DNA of 63,205 nt, filler included, from Phoronis australis (GCA_002633005.1; 9 parts of 9 records of this genome joined end to end with filler, not necessarily neighbours in it); one strand, 5' to 3'; shown: positions 1 through 14,236, counted from the first letter of the whole stretch. Numbers and translations: made by a program. Notes: generated from the sequence alone by a model not told the origin.

Positions 1-179
1 AAATCCTGGATCTGCCCCTGCAGTTGGGCTACTTTGGTGATTCAAAAACTATAAATATGATCACCATTAGACGAGGATTTCAGAAATGCTATTGGTTTAT
101 GTTCAAATTTATTTTAAGAGCACAGCCAATTCACTATTATTCACTGTAAGTCTGTAGAGTGTAGATACGATCTTTTTGA

Positions 180-340
180 AGATTAGAGCAATTATCGAAC
201 AAAAGAGAGCTGGCCCTCCAACCATGAATGCCAGAATAAAGTTAATCAGTCGTGAAAGATATTGGCTACAGTGGTAAACTTTCCAACTTGTTGTTGGGCT
301 ATAGAATCGAACAAGTCGGGAGCAACTGGAAAACGCCGCA
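180..340 (+). repeat. Interspersed repeat, ~160 bp; second copy at ~24190-24350
   Basis: AGATTAGAGCAATTATCG...CCAACTTGTTGTTGGGCTATAGAATCGAACAAGT is colinear at both sites with scattered substitutions. Confidence 0.85.
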
Positions 341-1699
341 ATTGCGCAATGCCATTACGGCGTAATGGCAATGCACTGCTACTGGCACTGGCTGACTGAC
401 TGCCACTGATTCAGTGATTGGTATTTGCGTGGCAACTCACTTTTTCTGGATGGAATTGAACACCTTTGTGAACAAATTTAATGCGTCTTCAATCTTTTGT
501 GTGCCTTCGTTCTTCGGTATCAAATGATTTGCCCATCCAGATTTTGCAAGCTGCTGAAAAAATTTACCGATAAGAACAGTTGCTAACTTGTCAAGAACTA
601 TTGCCATTTTGAATGGTCACATGTATGTCAGGTGACAGGCCACTAGCGTTGTGGGTTGTTGCGGCTGCAGTTGAAATTGTTGAAGATATGGTGGCTCGTT
701 TCAAACTGCACAAAGTGCTGTGCGGCATCGATGCGTAGATCTACTCATTGCTTCAATCAACGCCCAAACCCTGTTTTGACTTTGGTTACGGTAACCACTT
801 CTCCTTCTGCGTCCTGATAATGCATCGTTGGTGTCAGTCTTAAAAGCAGGAATCAACGAAAAACTCATTCTATTGAGCTCTGTCTCACAACTTTGATAAT
901 AGGCCTTGGTGGGCGCGGGTCTCTTTCCATAGTCATTGTCGACATTCTGCGAGAAGACCAAAGGTGAAAACTGAGCAGGACTTCCGGATACAAAACGGGG
1001 CATCTGGGTCTATAACGCAAGGGTGAAACGTTCGCCCTAACGTACAAAAACGTCCCGACAGCGACGAAGTTTTTTAGTTGTCTGGCGAACGGGAGACCGC
1101 CGGGTTACACAAAGCACCCGCCGGACAAGGTTTTTTATTACTAGAATGGGCAATTTCGGATGCCTCAAAAGCTCATGAAACGTCCCGTTTATTTCTTTTT
1201 AGTCGAACGAGAAAATAGTGTTATGTCACGTGGGAATGTATGATAGTATGTTAGTGTCGCCGTGCGTCAAAAAGCGAGACAATTTTGCAAGTACAATGTG
1301 CGCTGTCAGCAACAAAAAGTATTTGACTGGTTTTTAACAAGGTGAACTTCATTTTTCAACACGGCGGGTCAAATACTGGATAACATTCACTGCCCAGTAC
1401 CAAAAAAGTAACTCGACATCAGGTAACTTGCACGACTATAGAAACACTAATTGAAAACCGCACGGTCATACCTGAGGCAACCACACATACACACGCAAAC
1501 GCACGCACATGCGCGCACACATATTTTTTACCTAAAATACGAGTATGAGTTTTTCGAAAGTCACGTAATCATACCCGCTAGCAGGGGCTAAACTTTCAAT
1601 TATAATTGCAGAACAAACACCCAGAAACCAAATGTCTTGTTGAAAAACTCCTAGTAACATGTAGTTTGAGGTTGTCGAAAATGGTTCTAAGACTGGAGA

Positions 1700-1900
1700 T
1701 AGAGCCTCCTACACTCTTTGAACGGTTTCCAAGGTTTTGCCCACCTGAGACCAGTGTAGGATTTGTTTTCTCACATGAACCGTAAAAACGACCTTTTTTG
1801 CCGAAAAACTAAACGCGTCTAAAACTTTCAACCAGTGACGAAACTTTTGTAAAAACACGCTTGGCGCAATGTGAAGTAAACTCAGTTACTTTTTGTTAAT
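1700..1900. repeat. Interspersed repeat; related copy in opposite orientation at ~7137-7330
   Basis: TTGTTTTCTCACATGAACCGTAAAAAC and ACTTTTGTAAAAACACGCT are reverse complements of segments within 7137-7251. Confidence 0.75.
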
Positions 1901-2376
1901 TATAGTTCTAACTACCGTGATTCAGCTTTCATAACCAATGTTCAAGTTAGAATCTAATACCGGGTCTTTGAAGTTGCAATAGGCCTAGTTAAAATGATTT
2001 GTGCCATTCAAGAATATTTCTCACGTTATGGCAACATAGAAGGCAAGAGGACTGTCCGAATTCCGTTGTGAGCTACTGAACAGTATGGAAATGGAAATCG
2101 CCGGAAAGACTCCACCATCACTAACCAATTAAAGGAATGTTGCTAACAGAGGTTTGCATATATTTCGGTCGCCATCATCCGATATGCAGCTTCCATGCAC
2201 CGTGTACTTAAGTCCGTCGCAACTGATCAGTGGAAAATCTCAAATTTGTCATTCACTATGAAATGGACCATGGCCTTGTGGAAATTTTGAAGTTGTGCAC
2301 CATGACCTACTCTTCTACCTGAGTAATCGGCTGGGACTGTGCTACTTTCACACAAGGGCGGATACCCGTCGTGACC

Positions 2377-2464
2377 ATGCTGTGTCAGGTCGCGGTTATC
2401 CTGTACGCATACATTCAACTTGGATTGTTGATCAGTGACGGCTTTTGTGAATACAACCGAGGAA
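2377..2464 (+). CDS. Candidate first coding exon with signal-peptide-like N-terminus, cut by the gap
   Basis: GACCATG context. Translates MLCQVAVILYAYIQLGLLISDGFCEYNRG (hydrophobic core) and stays open into the N spacer. No homology recognised. Confidence 0.3.
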
Positions 2465-2564
2465 NNNNNNNNNNNNNNNNNNNNNNNNNNNNNNNNNNNN
2501 NNNNNNNNTTAATTAATTAANNNNNNNNNNNNNNNNNNNNNNNNNNNNNNNNNNNNNNNNNNNN
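2465..2564. other. Artificial contig spacer (44 N + TTAATTAATTAA + 44 N); identical spacers at 11081-11180, 20728-20827, 29926-30025, 34435-34534, 41918-42017, 56312-56411, 60763-60862
   Basis: Eight spacers, each exactly 100 bp, with a central palindrome that gives stops in all six frames. A different 55-N gap without linker lies at 47212-47266. Confidence 0.97.
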
Positions 2565-3366
2565 TTTTGAAAACCATCATTGCAGCTGACCAGAAAGTTT
2601 TCGTCACAACACAATCCCAGAGATGATTACTCATGTTTTCTGGCTCTTTTTACAAAACGTGAAGCGTTCTGACTGTGCAATATCAACTTTAACTAGAAAC
2701 TCGCTGATGGAGACTATTGGACGAAGAATACTTATCTGGAAACACCTAAATCTCGAATCATTAGTAAATTCAGTGACGTAATAACAACTAAGCAGAACTT
2801 GTAGCATATGCTACTGCCCCCGCGCTCTTTGGGGCCAAGCGGTCAGCGTTTTGTAGGCCCCAATACCATAAAAGTATACATATTTTTACGCCTATATAGA
2901 AGCCTTGACCTAAAGTAATGCGAACCTGATTTGGAAATTTTGTATTGGGGGCCCGCCATTTTCAATATGTGTTGGGTCAAGGTTGCGGGGCCCCACTGAA
3001 TAAGCAATGTTAAAAGAATTGTAGGTGTCGCGCAGTGCCATTCAATCTTAAGCTTGAAAACAAAAACAGAGTTCCCTTAAAGTGCAGATATTCACCAAGG
3101 TGCCAGGCATTCCTTTATTTTCAGCCACTCTGAAATTTTCAGTATGGGTTTACTTAAAATACAATGCGACAAAATCTAACTTTGCGCAAAATTTACATAT
3201 TTGACAAAACGAGTTACATTCTTGGTACCATGATTGGAGCAGGCCCCCTGATTAGCGGTGTGTGAATTATCCAGAAAGCGACTAATTCAACTAACAGCTA
3301 GCATTACCCAGTGGACACGTTGTGTCATAATGTAGAAGTCGCCTTAATAGCTTTCGTTCTCAAAAA

Positions 3367-5726
3367 GACAAGAGCAACGCTGGGGCGTTGACATGCACCT
3401 ATGGTGTATCACAAACGGTATGTTTCTAAAAGCCACTGGGTGGTGCTGTAGTAGTTGAATCCGGCCAAAAATCAATTGGTGTCGGAGCATTGAAGTTTCA
3501 TTGAAATCCGCCAATGAGCCTCTAAATATCATCCGGAAACTCTCTTTCCTCAAACAAAACTCGAAAAGCACCTTGTCGAGAACAAAATGATGAAGGCACA
3601 TGTTCATCATATGCCACTCCATGTATGTAGAAATTCATTAAAATCATTCAATCGGTTCTCCAGATACCATCCAGGAACATTCTTCGTCCAAACAACACTT
3701 GAAAAGTCCCTTGTTACGATGCCATAGTAAACAAGTCTACCCCAAAACCGAAGAGTCCGAGGGTGTGACATCACAAGTCATATGCCTGGTTAAGTTTCGT
3801 TGACATCAGTCAATCGGTTTCATAGATATCATCTGCTCTTCCTTCAACCAACACACGAAAACCCCTAAAGAACAAAATGGACATCACGAGGTGCTGCAGT
3901 AGTCAAATAAGCCTGAAGATTTAATGGTGCCTCCGCATTGCCATCACATACCTCAGTGTTGACTTTCATCAAAATACTCTCGCACAAAATGGCCACTACG
4001 TGGTGTTGCAATTCGTCATTTCTGCCCGGAAATTAAATGGTGCCGGCAAAATTTTATGATATACCTATGTATTAAATTTCAATTAAATCCGGTTCTTTAG
4101 ATATCATCCGGAAACGTTTTTCGCCAAAACAACTCATGAAAAACTGTCGAGAACAAAATGGCCACTAGGAGGTGTAGCAGTGGTAAAATCCGCCCGAAAA
4201 TTACAAAGTGACAGCGTATTGACATCACACGCCACTGTGTCAACTTTCATTGAAATCCTTCAACCGGTTCTTTAAAAATCAACTGGAAGCGTTCTCGCAT
4301 AAAATAGCCACTACAAAGCACTGGAGTCATGGAATCCGACCCAAAATCGAATGGTACCATCACAATTCCAGTACATACCTCGGTGTCGAGTCTCAATGAA
4401 TTCCGTCAACTGTCTCTTTACATACCAAACGAAAACTATCTCTTCCCACAAACAACACTTGAAAAGCCAATATCGAGAACAAAATGGCCACTAGGAGGTG
4501 CTGTGGCGGTCGAATTCGTGAGGAAAAAATAATGGTATCGGTGCATTGACATCACATACCCCTGTACTGTTCTTACGTTTATTCAATCAGTTTATTTCTG
4601 CAATAAAAGCCATTGACCCACTGTACAAAAGAACAACATGTAACATACTTCAGAGTGCAGCAAGGTATCACGGGGACGAAAAGCGTAAAATACATATATA
4701 AATATTTACATAGATTAACTAATTTAGCATCATCACTTGTTGACATCAATATATTGAACTTAAAACAGAACGAAAATTCCAGTAGTACACTTCGATATAA
4801 ATTTCTCTCATTTCAGAATATTTATCTCAGTTTAGAAGGAAATGATACTCGTCTGCTAGAACATTGGGGCAGAAGAGACACACTCTGTTTCCCTTATCCA
4901 AGTTCAAGTGCCTGAGACTGTGGCTGGAACAACGAAATCGTACCATGGACATGCTGTCTAAAAACTAAAGTATTTTCACACACAATGCCTTGATTAAACC
5001 AAACTTCGTAGAATCCATACCTTGACAGCATAAATCTAACTTACTGAAATACTTCAATCCGTTCTCTATATATCATCTGGAAACACTGTCATACAAAATG
5101 GCCACTAGGAGGCGCTGCAGTTGTCAAACCAGCCCGAAAATCAAATAGAGTCAGCGCAATCACATGTCTGCATATGTGTAAACTTTCGTATAAATCCGCC
5201 AATCCGTGCTCTAGATATCATCCAGAAACGCCCCTTCCCCCCAAAAAATAACATTTGAACAGCCCCTTGTCAAGAACAAAATTGCCACCAGGAGGTGCTG
5301 CAGTTGATAATCCGTCAATGAGCCTCTAGATACCATCCGCAAACGCTCTTTCCACAAACAAAACACGAAAAGTCCCTTGTCGAGAACAAAATAATGGAGC
5401 CACATGTTCATCATGATAAATCCATTCAAAAATTTATTGGTGCCGGCGCATTGATATCATTTACATTTGAGTCACGTTTCACTGAAATCCGTCACTCCAT
5501 CCGGAAACGCTCTTTCCCAAAAAATACCCAAAAAGTCACGCCCACCTGGCCCCAGGGGGCGATGCAGATTGAAAAGTGGCAAGAAGTGTTCTAGTTATGC
5601 CCAACACCCTTGTGCCAAATTTCATCAAAATCTGACAAGGGTTTTGAGAGTATCGAGCGGATACCCGGACAAGGGCACGCACGCAGTGACAATACGCGAC
5701 CGCATTCTTATGTGGGCGCATAAAAA
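3367..5726 (-). mobile_element. Non-autonomous Helentron/HINE (DINE-1-like) element with internal degenerate tandem units
   Basis: One end is ACAAGAG plus hairpin CAACGC-TGGG-GCGTTG. The other end has short GCAC repeats, hairpin CCGCAT-TCTT-ATGTGG and an A-run. Internal units repeat CAAAATGGCCACTAGGAGGTGCTGC and AGATATCATCCGGAAAC. Confidence 0.65.
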
Positions 5727-7784
5727 TTACAGCTATGTTGCTTTTTCTTTGAGATAGTCGTTGTAAGAGTATTTGACCAGGTGTCCCGCGGTTTTACTCA
5801 TGCTGCAGTCCCGGCAAGTGCGTAATCCCGAACTGAGTAACATCAAAGAGTGGGTATGCACTTTCCTGCACTTTTTGGTTGATCCAATAAGTAAACGCCA
5901 AACTTTGAATTCCACTTCAGCTCATGTGTTGTTTTTTTTTGTAAATGCCTTCTGTTAAGTGGGTCCGTTCATTTGCAACATTTCCTAACGCTTTTGTGGA
6001 GTTTGGAAAGCTTACAGAAAATGTTATGTTTTTGGAGTATTTGTTATAATGAAAAATTGCGCCCATAAGTGAAGAGAAACCATAAGTATAAGTAAATTGT
6101 CTTTTTCACCAGCGCTTATAAATAACAAATGTCTTATTTACAGTTTTATTGCAGATTGACTAATATTGGACATCTTCACTGATTCTTCTCAATGTCCCGA
6201 ATTTTGGCAAATTAAAAAAACGAAAATAGATTTGTAATTTCATATGACCGTGTATGGCAAAAAGCGCTGCCAAAATTTAAAACGTTACAACCACTCAACC
6301 AACAATGTTGTAAAAACATTGTTTGTTGAAATCACTCATATAGAACCAGGACAGCTCAGAGATTGGATGAACGACCAACAATTTTTACATCATTTCAGTA
6401 CTTTTTATTGTATCACGTTTTCAACGCCAAACAAACTTGAAGAAATGTTTACTTGATTGTCCACCGATGAGACAAGCGAAAAAATTATGATGCCCCTGGC
6501 ACCCTTTTTAAAAGTCAGAAAACGTGACCCAGCCGGCCGCCCAACTTGAGAGGCTAACACGTCCGGCTTGTAAGGAACTTGACTCGCCGAAACTGGAGTT
6601 TGTCCCCATAGTAATGGTCCTTTTTTGTTACATGACCTGGAATGTGTTACGACACGACTTAACACCGAGTACGTATTTTTTGATATTACACGGCAAATCA
6701 CAAAGTAGTGCAAAGTAGAAATCCATACGCCTTACATTTTACCGTCTGCAAAACAATAAAACAACCAAACGCGTGCCAACCAATGTCGAAATTCCGAGAC
6801 GGTGACAGGGTTATGACTGACAAATCGGGTGTCGCAACTGTACGTACTCCCAGTCGGAAGGACAAGCAAACAACTTCTTAAACGGGCCCTTCTTCGGCGT
6901 TCCACGTTCATTTAAACGGAGACGAGCACCAACTCAAGAAAGCGGTGAGACTGTATAGCTGTGCTGTCTCAAGGTCAATTCAGTGCTTATGCGCGGAGAG
7001 GCCTTGCTGACTGTTATTTATAAATATTTTTTAAGCTTTAATATTACAACTTCAAAGACTATTTATTAGATTCTAACTTGAATATTTGCTACGAAAGCTG
7101 AATGCAATTTACAACTGTTGTGCTTAAAATAAATCCATTAACAAAAAGTAAGTGAATTACTTTACATTGCGCGAGCGTGTTTTTACAAAAGTTTTAGACA
7201 CGTCAAGTTGTTCAGAAAAAAAAAGTTTTTACGGTTCATGTGAGAAAACAAGCCTGGGGATTTTGACGAAATTTCCAAGAGGTTTTGTCCATGTCATAAA
7301 CCTGAGACGAGTGTAGGATTCTCTATTTCTCCAACAACGCGACAACTTCTTGACCCCGGCCGCCGAGCTCTGCCGGGACACCCAATGCTGCAGTTGTGCT
7401 GATCCTCTTAGTGACATAAAAAGTCTCGCGTATACGATAGTGTTTACAACACAGTGTTAACGTGCACCGGAGAGCATAATTAAGTACGGTGTGTATTTTA
7501 CCAAGTAAACGCAAATGCACCCGGTGTAAAGCTACACTCGGTTGTAAAATTACATCACCTCCAGAGCTTGTAACTGTAAATTTACACGCGCGCAAATATA
7601 CACCTGGCACATGTAAACCCGATTTAAATTTACACACGGGTGTAAAAGCAAGATTACCCGGCCAAAAGTGCCATTACAAAATTATTTCTGTTATCTCAAT
7701 TCTTCTTAAAGCAACACAACTTTCCTTTAAACTTCCAAATGATCTTCTGTTGCCATGTATTTTGGATGGTTTTTATTGAAATGG

Positions 7785-8951
<1,167 letters not shown>

Positions 8952-8986
<35 letters not shown>

Positions 8987-9012
8987 TGCGGCGGCTTCTG
9001 CTGCTGCTGCTG
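8952..9012. repeat. Imperfect (CTG/CAG)n microsatellite, ~20 units
   Basis: GCT run interrupted by GTT/GCG/TCT variants. Confidence 0.95.
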
Positions 9013-11180
9013 AGTGAGGCTTTCACCTACGACTTTTCTACGCTTCGGTTTCACTGGATATACGCACCAACCATTGGAGGTACAATAGGCATTACGTATA
9101 ACTTTTTCATAACAAATCAACTACTTGGTTCACTTTGGAAAAGTTTCGTTTTCCACTTTGAACGCTGAATTTCCAAAAGCCAGCTCGTCATCACCCATTC
9201 GAACGTAGCCGGAAAAAATAATTTACGAGCGCGCCCCGCATCAATGGCGCATAAAAAATCATTGACACACTACGATTGTGTAACTCGGGCCAACGGGCGC
9301 ACAAACTGTCACACAATTTCGCCTTTGTTCTGTCTTGAACAACCTGCATTGCATGCAGAATCTACAAACTACGATGCAGCGCCCTACAGCTGGTGATGAC
9401 GACAACAATTAATATATGGGGACTAGAGCATATTGTAAATACGTAGATCCTTATTTCATGTGCTTATTGTTGTATTGAAATGCACAGCCGTTCAGACAAT
9501 TCATTAATCGTGTAACGCATGCTAAAAATTGGCCCATCCAAGTTAGGCCTTATATAGGTGGGTCAATTGACAGTAACCCGTTTTTCAAAACTGATCGTAG
9601 CTAGGGGCCGGAAAGCGTCCCAATCTCTCAATTTACACTCGCGACATATATAGCGAGCTGGAGAGGTACATGTAGGACATGTCTTGACGTTTTTTGATTT
9701 AAAAACGGTTCACAAACTCGTTCTTCTCGTTATCGTCTGCGGCTTTTTCCTTGTCAGTGTCAAGTCTCAAACAACTCAGCCGGCACGACAGATGTGCTGA
9801 AAATGAGGACGGACTTGGAGAGATTCGTGCAATATGAAAATAATCAATGTAAACCTTGCCTGAGTTTTTATTGCAAGTTTGAGCCAGCTCAGTTCAGTTT
9901 TAACCAACGAACATATAATCCTGTCAGACTGGCTCACATCTCACACGTCACAAGTGTAAAAAGTTATTTTTGACCTCGGTTGCGTTTCCGAGCGGAATAG
10001 TGCCTCCACGTTGTCAGACGGTTTGACTGCATCCCTATACCGGCAGGGCCGATTGTCTCCTCGCCAAGGCCTACGTGTAGCAATCCTGTGTAACTGAAGT
10101 GGCAAATCCCTTAGGTGTAATATTACATGTATGTGCATGCGCATTCGAGAAGGCACCTTTTTTCAACCCCAGCAGTCGAGGGTCAGGCAGTACTGCGCCG
10201 GTATACACGGTGATCAAATCACTGCTGTCTAGTCTGAAAGGCTTTAATATCATTACCGGCTACAATGACAGTCCACAGCTAAGGTACAAAACTGCATAAA
10301 TTAAATTTCACATGTTATTTGACGTCAGTCGAGTACTGAGTGAGGATGAGCGCTGCCCCGCGCCGGACCGGGCTCGTGTGTGGATGACCCATGAGCACCC
10401 TGTAGTCGATATGCCTATTGCCGATAAGGTCAACACAACAATCTCCACCTACATGTAACTTGGTGGAACTGTAATACTCACTCAGCGGGGTCACTTGTCA
10501 AACAGATTACTTCATAGACTATAGATAGTATATATGATTACGCCAAACAATCTCCGGGGACGAATCACATGACTTGGTCACATGACTTCATTTACCAGTG
10601 AATGAGGTCATTTCCGGAGAGAAATGGTTTCAGCACTGCTGTCCTCGGTCTGTGCTGAAAAACGCCAACTTTCAAGAGACTGGAGATTGGCTTCCGAAGG
10701 CTTTGTAGCCCAAGTTAGAATGCCTTTTGATGGCAGATTCAGTTGTTTTAAAAGCGGCCTGTATTTGACTGCATTGCTCTTCTGTCAATGAGTGAGATCT
10801 CGAGCTTTGTTTTTTAGTCTGGCCTGGGTTGGCAATGTTGTTAGATCTGTAACTCAGGGTGTTTGAATGGCCCACGTTTGACTATTACTGCACAGTGATT
10901 AAATGATTATTAAGACACACGGCCATCTGGTATGAGTAAACAGATCTCCTGTTCACTGTCACCATCAAATAATGTACTGCATGTCACTATGCTGTGGTAG
11001 ACAATATACTCGGGAACCCAATGGTCGTCCGCCTAAGCATAAAACCGGCTTGTTGTCGTACTCACCCAATCATTCCACTTNNNNNNNNNNNNNNNNNNNN
11101 NNNNNNNNNNNNNNNNNNNNNNNNTTAATTAATTAANNNNNNNNNNNNNNNNNNNNNNNNNNNNNNNNNNNNNNNNNNNN

Positions 11181-11919
11181 CGCAGTGATTTATTCATTGC
11201 TGGCTTTTCAAATCATTTGCACTCACGAACACTCCAAAGGCATTACAAATTGCATCTAATGAGACACACTTTGTTTCAGTTTTATATAAGCATTGGTTAG
11301 GGTGAGAATAATTCATTTTGAAACAGAACTCTCAGTAATAAACGCCAACATGGCAACTGGCAATTCCGACTTAGGACGAGCTAGAGCTCATCAGTCCCGA
11401 CTTCGCAGGTGGATTGTTAAGTTTTACAGGCTATCAATTCGAACAGGAATACAGTGATGAAGAAATACCAGAGAGGCGTCGTGAACAAGCGCAGACAACC
11501 GAACGTATGGAGTTATTTGGTAAGCCGGCATTCGTCAGGCACTGTCGACGTCTGCAGGCCACAGACACGGAGATGTTTCGCGGTCTTATACTTGCTATTT
11601 ATAGCGTACATTTCATTCTTCGCTACCATGAGCCACTTCCTAAGCATTTAAAAATCGGACTCTCGAGGAAGTAAAAAAGAAAACAATATACCCGCTTTCC
11701 TCGCAGCTGCTTAGTTCGGACAAGCGGGAACGATGCACCGCAACATAGCGGCATTCACTCTGCATATGAACCACTGACGTCGCTAGCGTCGTTTCTCGCC
11801 TTCCTCACAGGTTAACGCGACACCTCTTGGCAAGGTAAGGTCGACCGTTTGCGAGGCGATGTGGATATAGACAGATTAAGACGGCAAAAAAGACTAATTA
11901 AATCGGGTGGCATTCTCCT
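11181..11919. mobile_element. Internally deleted Kolobok-like DNA transposon; left end lost in the gap
   Basis: Right end ...GGGTGGCATTCTCCT is followed by TTAA (11920-11923). It carries a degenerate THAP start on - and a convergent acidic ORF start on + (GYQFEQEYSDEEI). Confidence 0.65.
11552..11746 (-). pseudogene. Degenerate THAP zinc-finger (transposase N-terminus)
   Basis: MLRCIVPACPN*AAARKAGILFSFLLPRESDF*MLRKWLMVAKNE...KHLRVCGLQ. Has the THAP pattern C-x4-C, P, W, VC with the final H lost; two in-frame stops. Confidence 0.75.
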
Positions 11920-11930
11920 TTAAGTAGTCT

Positions 11931-12600
11931 TGTAACAGTATGATTTGTATTTGGTGTTTATTTTTGTAAAAGACTTGGGTCAGTCTTTGGGGGCCGGTGT
12001 AAGATACTTCACGTTTGTTTGCTCCGGGTGGCTTATGGTCACGTGTATATTCACGGCTGAATAAACTGAATGTAATTTGCATGTGACCTGACCCTCATTT
12101 GAGTATGAGCTGTTGTGCGCTGACTCGATTTACTCACATTGTGGCAGTGCATATTTGGCGTCAGTGAGGAGAGCCAGGGAGCGCAGTATAGAGGTATTTT
12201 TCATGGTATTTTCGTATTTGGTATTTCTGAATTTGCATTTTGTCTGTATCTGTGAGGTTTACTATGCATTTTGTTTTTTATTTTTAGAACTGAAACTGTG
12301 AGAATGTCAATGAGAAATGTTTCACGTCTCTCAATAAAGCACTCTTAAAAGATATTAACTCCTCTTGTGACTTGCCAACACTCACACTGATATTAAATAC
12401 TAAAGACTTGAAAGGAAATGAAACCACTTCCGATAATTTGTTGTGACATGTACGCAACTTCGTGGAAGTGAAGAACAGTTCGACGATCGCTTGTCGCACT
12501 TGGAAGAAGAACTCGAGGAACGAAACAGACAACACTGAGGTGACGGCTCCCAAAGCCGACCCAAAAGAGCGCACCCCAATTTTAGCAGCAGAGTGAAGTG
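11931..12600 (+). mobile_element. Putative LTR retrotransposon 5' fragment: LTR (~11931-12151), PBS-like site, decayed gag-like coiled coil
   Basis: Starts TGTAAC, has AATAAA at 12060 and a CA end at 12138 or 12151, then TGGCGTCAGTGAGG at 12156-12169. Downstream reads QLRGSEEQFDDRLSHLEEELEERNRQH*. Confidence 0.5.
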
Positions 12601-12779
12601 TAGAACGCCATTTTTTTCAACACCGGTAAATAATCTAGTTTACTCAAGCAAGGGTGTAGTCTTTACTGACACTGATTTTGTGTCAGATTTTAATTGATTA
12701 GTTTTTACCCACATTGGCGCAACTGCTGTCTATTAAGTATACATTTTTGCACCAAGGCAAGGCTACGCAGCAAGGGCCC

Positions 12780-13950
12780 GGGATATTTGTTTTACACCGG
12801 GGTTCCTGTTTGGATGCTTTGGAGACAGGAATTACTGTTGCCATTCTAAGTTGATTTAGAAAAGACGCCTTGCATAATCTTTTGATTGTATTGTCATGTC
12901 CCGTGCTTGCAGTGTGTTTTAAAGATCTTCATGCAATTGTTCTTTTTATTTTTTATTCATCGATGTGCACTAACTTGAAAATATGAGGCGATGACGTGTT
13001 TAAAACTTCCTTGAATGACGTAACGCTCTGTCGCACTTGTCCGAAAGCACATTTTGGCCCAACTGTAATGAAGCCAAAAATTGTTAGTAAATTCACTGGC
13101 AATGTCAAATTTGTTTAAAAGTGTGCAACCTGTTTGAGATTTAATAATGGAGTATGCTTTAATGTCAGAATTACAAAGAACAGACTGCCATAATTTCCTG
13201 ATAACGTTTAACTTAGTAAATTACTTATGGTCACACATTTGTTTAGCACTCTAATTGTGGTTTCCATAGTTACAACATAATTTAAAATTATTAGATATTG
13301 CGAAATAGTTGTGACTGTGTTTAGGTGTTGAGGTAAGTTGTCTATACAACTTGTATTTAAATTTTATTGATTTCAGAATGCCACTTGTTATCCATGCATT
13401 TAGTTGTTGACTTTTTTGGATTTGGAGGCTTAGTATTTGTTTGAGAGAAAACATTGTTTTACGTAAACATCATTATCTTCGATAACTATGGGTTGGTCAT
13501 TTAGGCTAAAAGTTCGTTTTTGAGATCATGTATTGACAGTTTATTCAATGGAGTTTGTGTTTTAATGTGTCTGGGTACTCGCACTTTATCGTTTGTTTCT
13601 GTGCCAGTTCCAGTGAACGTGGGGCAGTGGTCAGATAGAGACGATGGTAGACTTCCAGCGTGAGACTGTTCCAGCGTGCAGGAAAATTTACGATTTAAAA
13701 TAGTCGATAAGTGCAGCAGAGTGATAGGTAAATCTTGTGGGAAGAGTAGTTTTGGGATATATAATGTGGACGTATTGAGCAAGTACGTGCAATAGACGAG
13801 ATTAGATAACGAAATTGTGAACATTGATGGAGAAAGTGCAATTGTCAGCTTTTCTAGCTGGACCAGAGAAACTTTACTCTCGGAACGAGCGACCCCTGTT
13901 GGAGTTAGAAAAGAGATGGACATTGTATATTCGTTATTTTTATATTAACT
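12780..13950 (-). mobile_element. Highly decayed CR1-group (Crack/Daphne/L2-like) LINE ORF2 fragment: APE endonuclease end to RT start
   Basis: SLSDHCPTF (endonuclease SDH motif), AWITSGILKSIKFKYKLYRQL (PWIT linker) and GVF..NQLRMATVIPVSK (pre-RT motif) occur in the expected order, with frameshifts. Confidence 0.8.
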
Positions 13951-14236
13951 TTCAATGGAGATGGAATTTTAATTGGTGATGTGCATTTTTATTTTTGTTT
14001 CTTTGCGCCCAGCTTGAAGGTGGCAGAGTCCATATCAAGGGCTAGCGGCAATTCTCGTACGAATTCGTAAGAAAATGTGGCATATGATAACCTTGATACA
14101 TTTGTATTGAAAATTTATATGAAGTAGTTCAAACGTAAGTTTTTGCTGAAGAAAATTCAATACATATGATAACACCCAGTTGTAAGGATGTTACATCAAG
14201 CCGAGCAGACGAATAAAAATCGTATCCATGTATCCC

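Noticed and set aside
2509-2520. TTAATTAATTAA as a biological repeated site
   Set aside because: It is always centred in exactly 88 N, so it is an assembly linker.
6783-6950. CAP-Gly-like peptide (FRDGDRV...ATVR...GPFFGV)
   Set aside because: Needs a frameshift and lacks the GKNDG motif; too weak.
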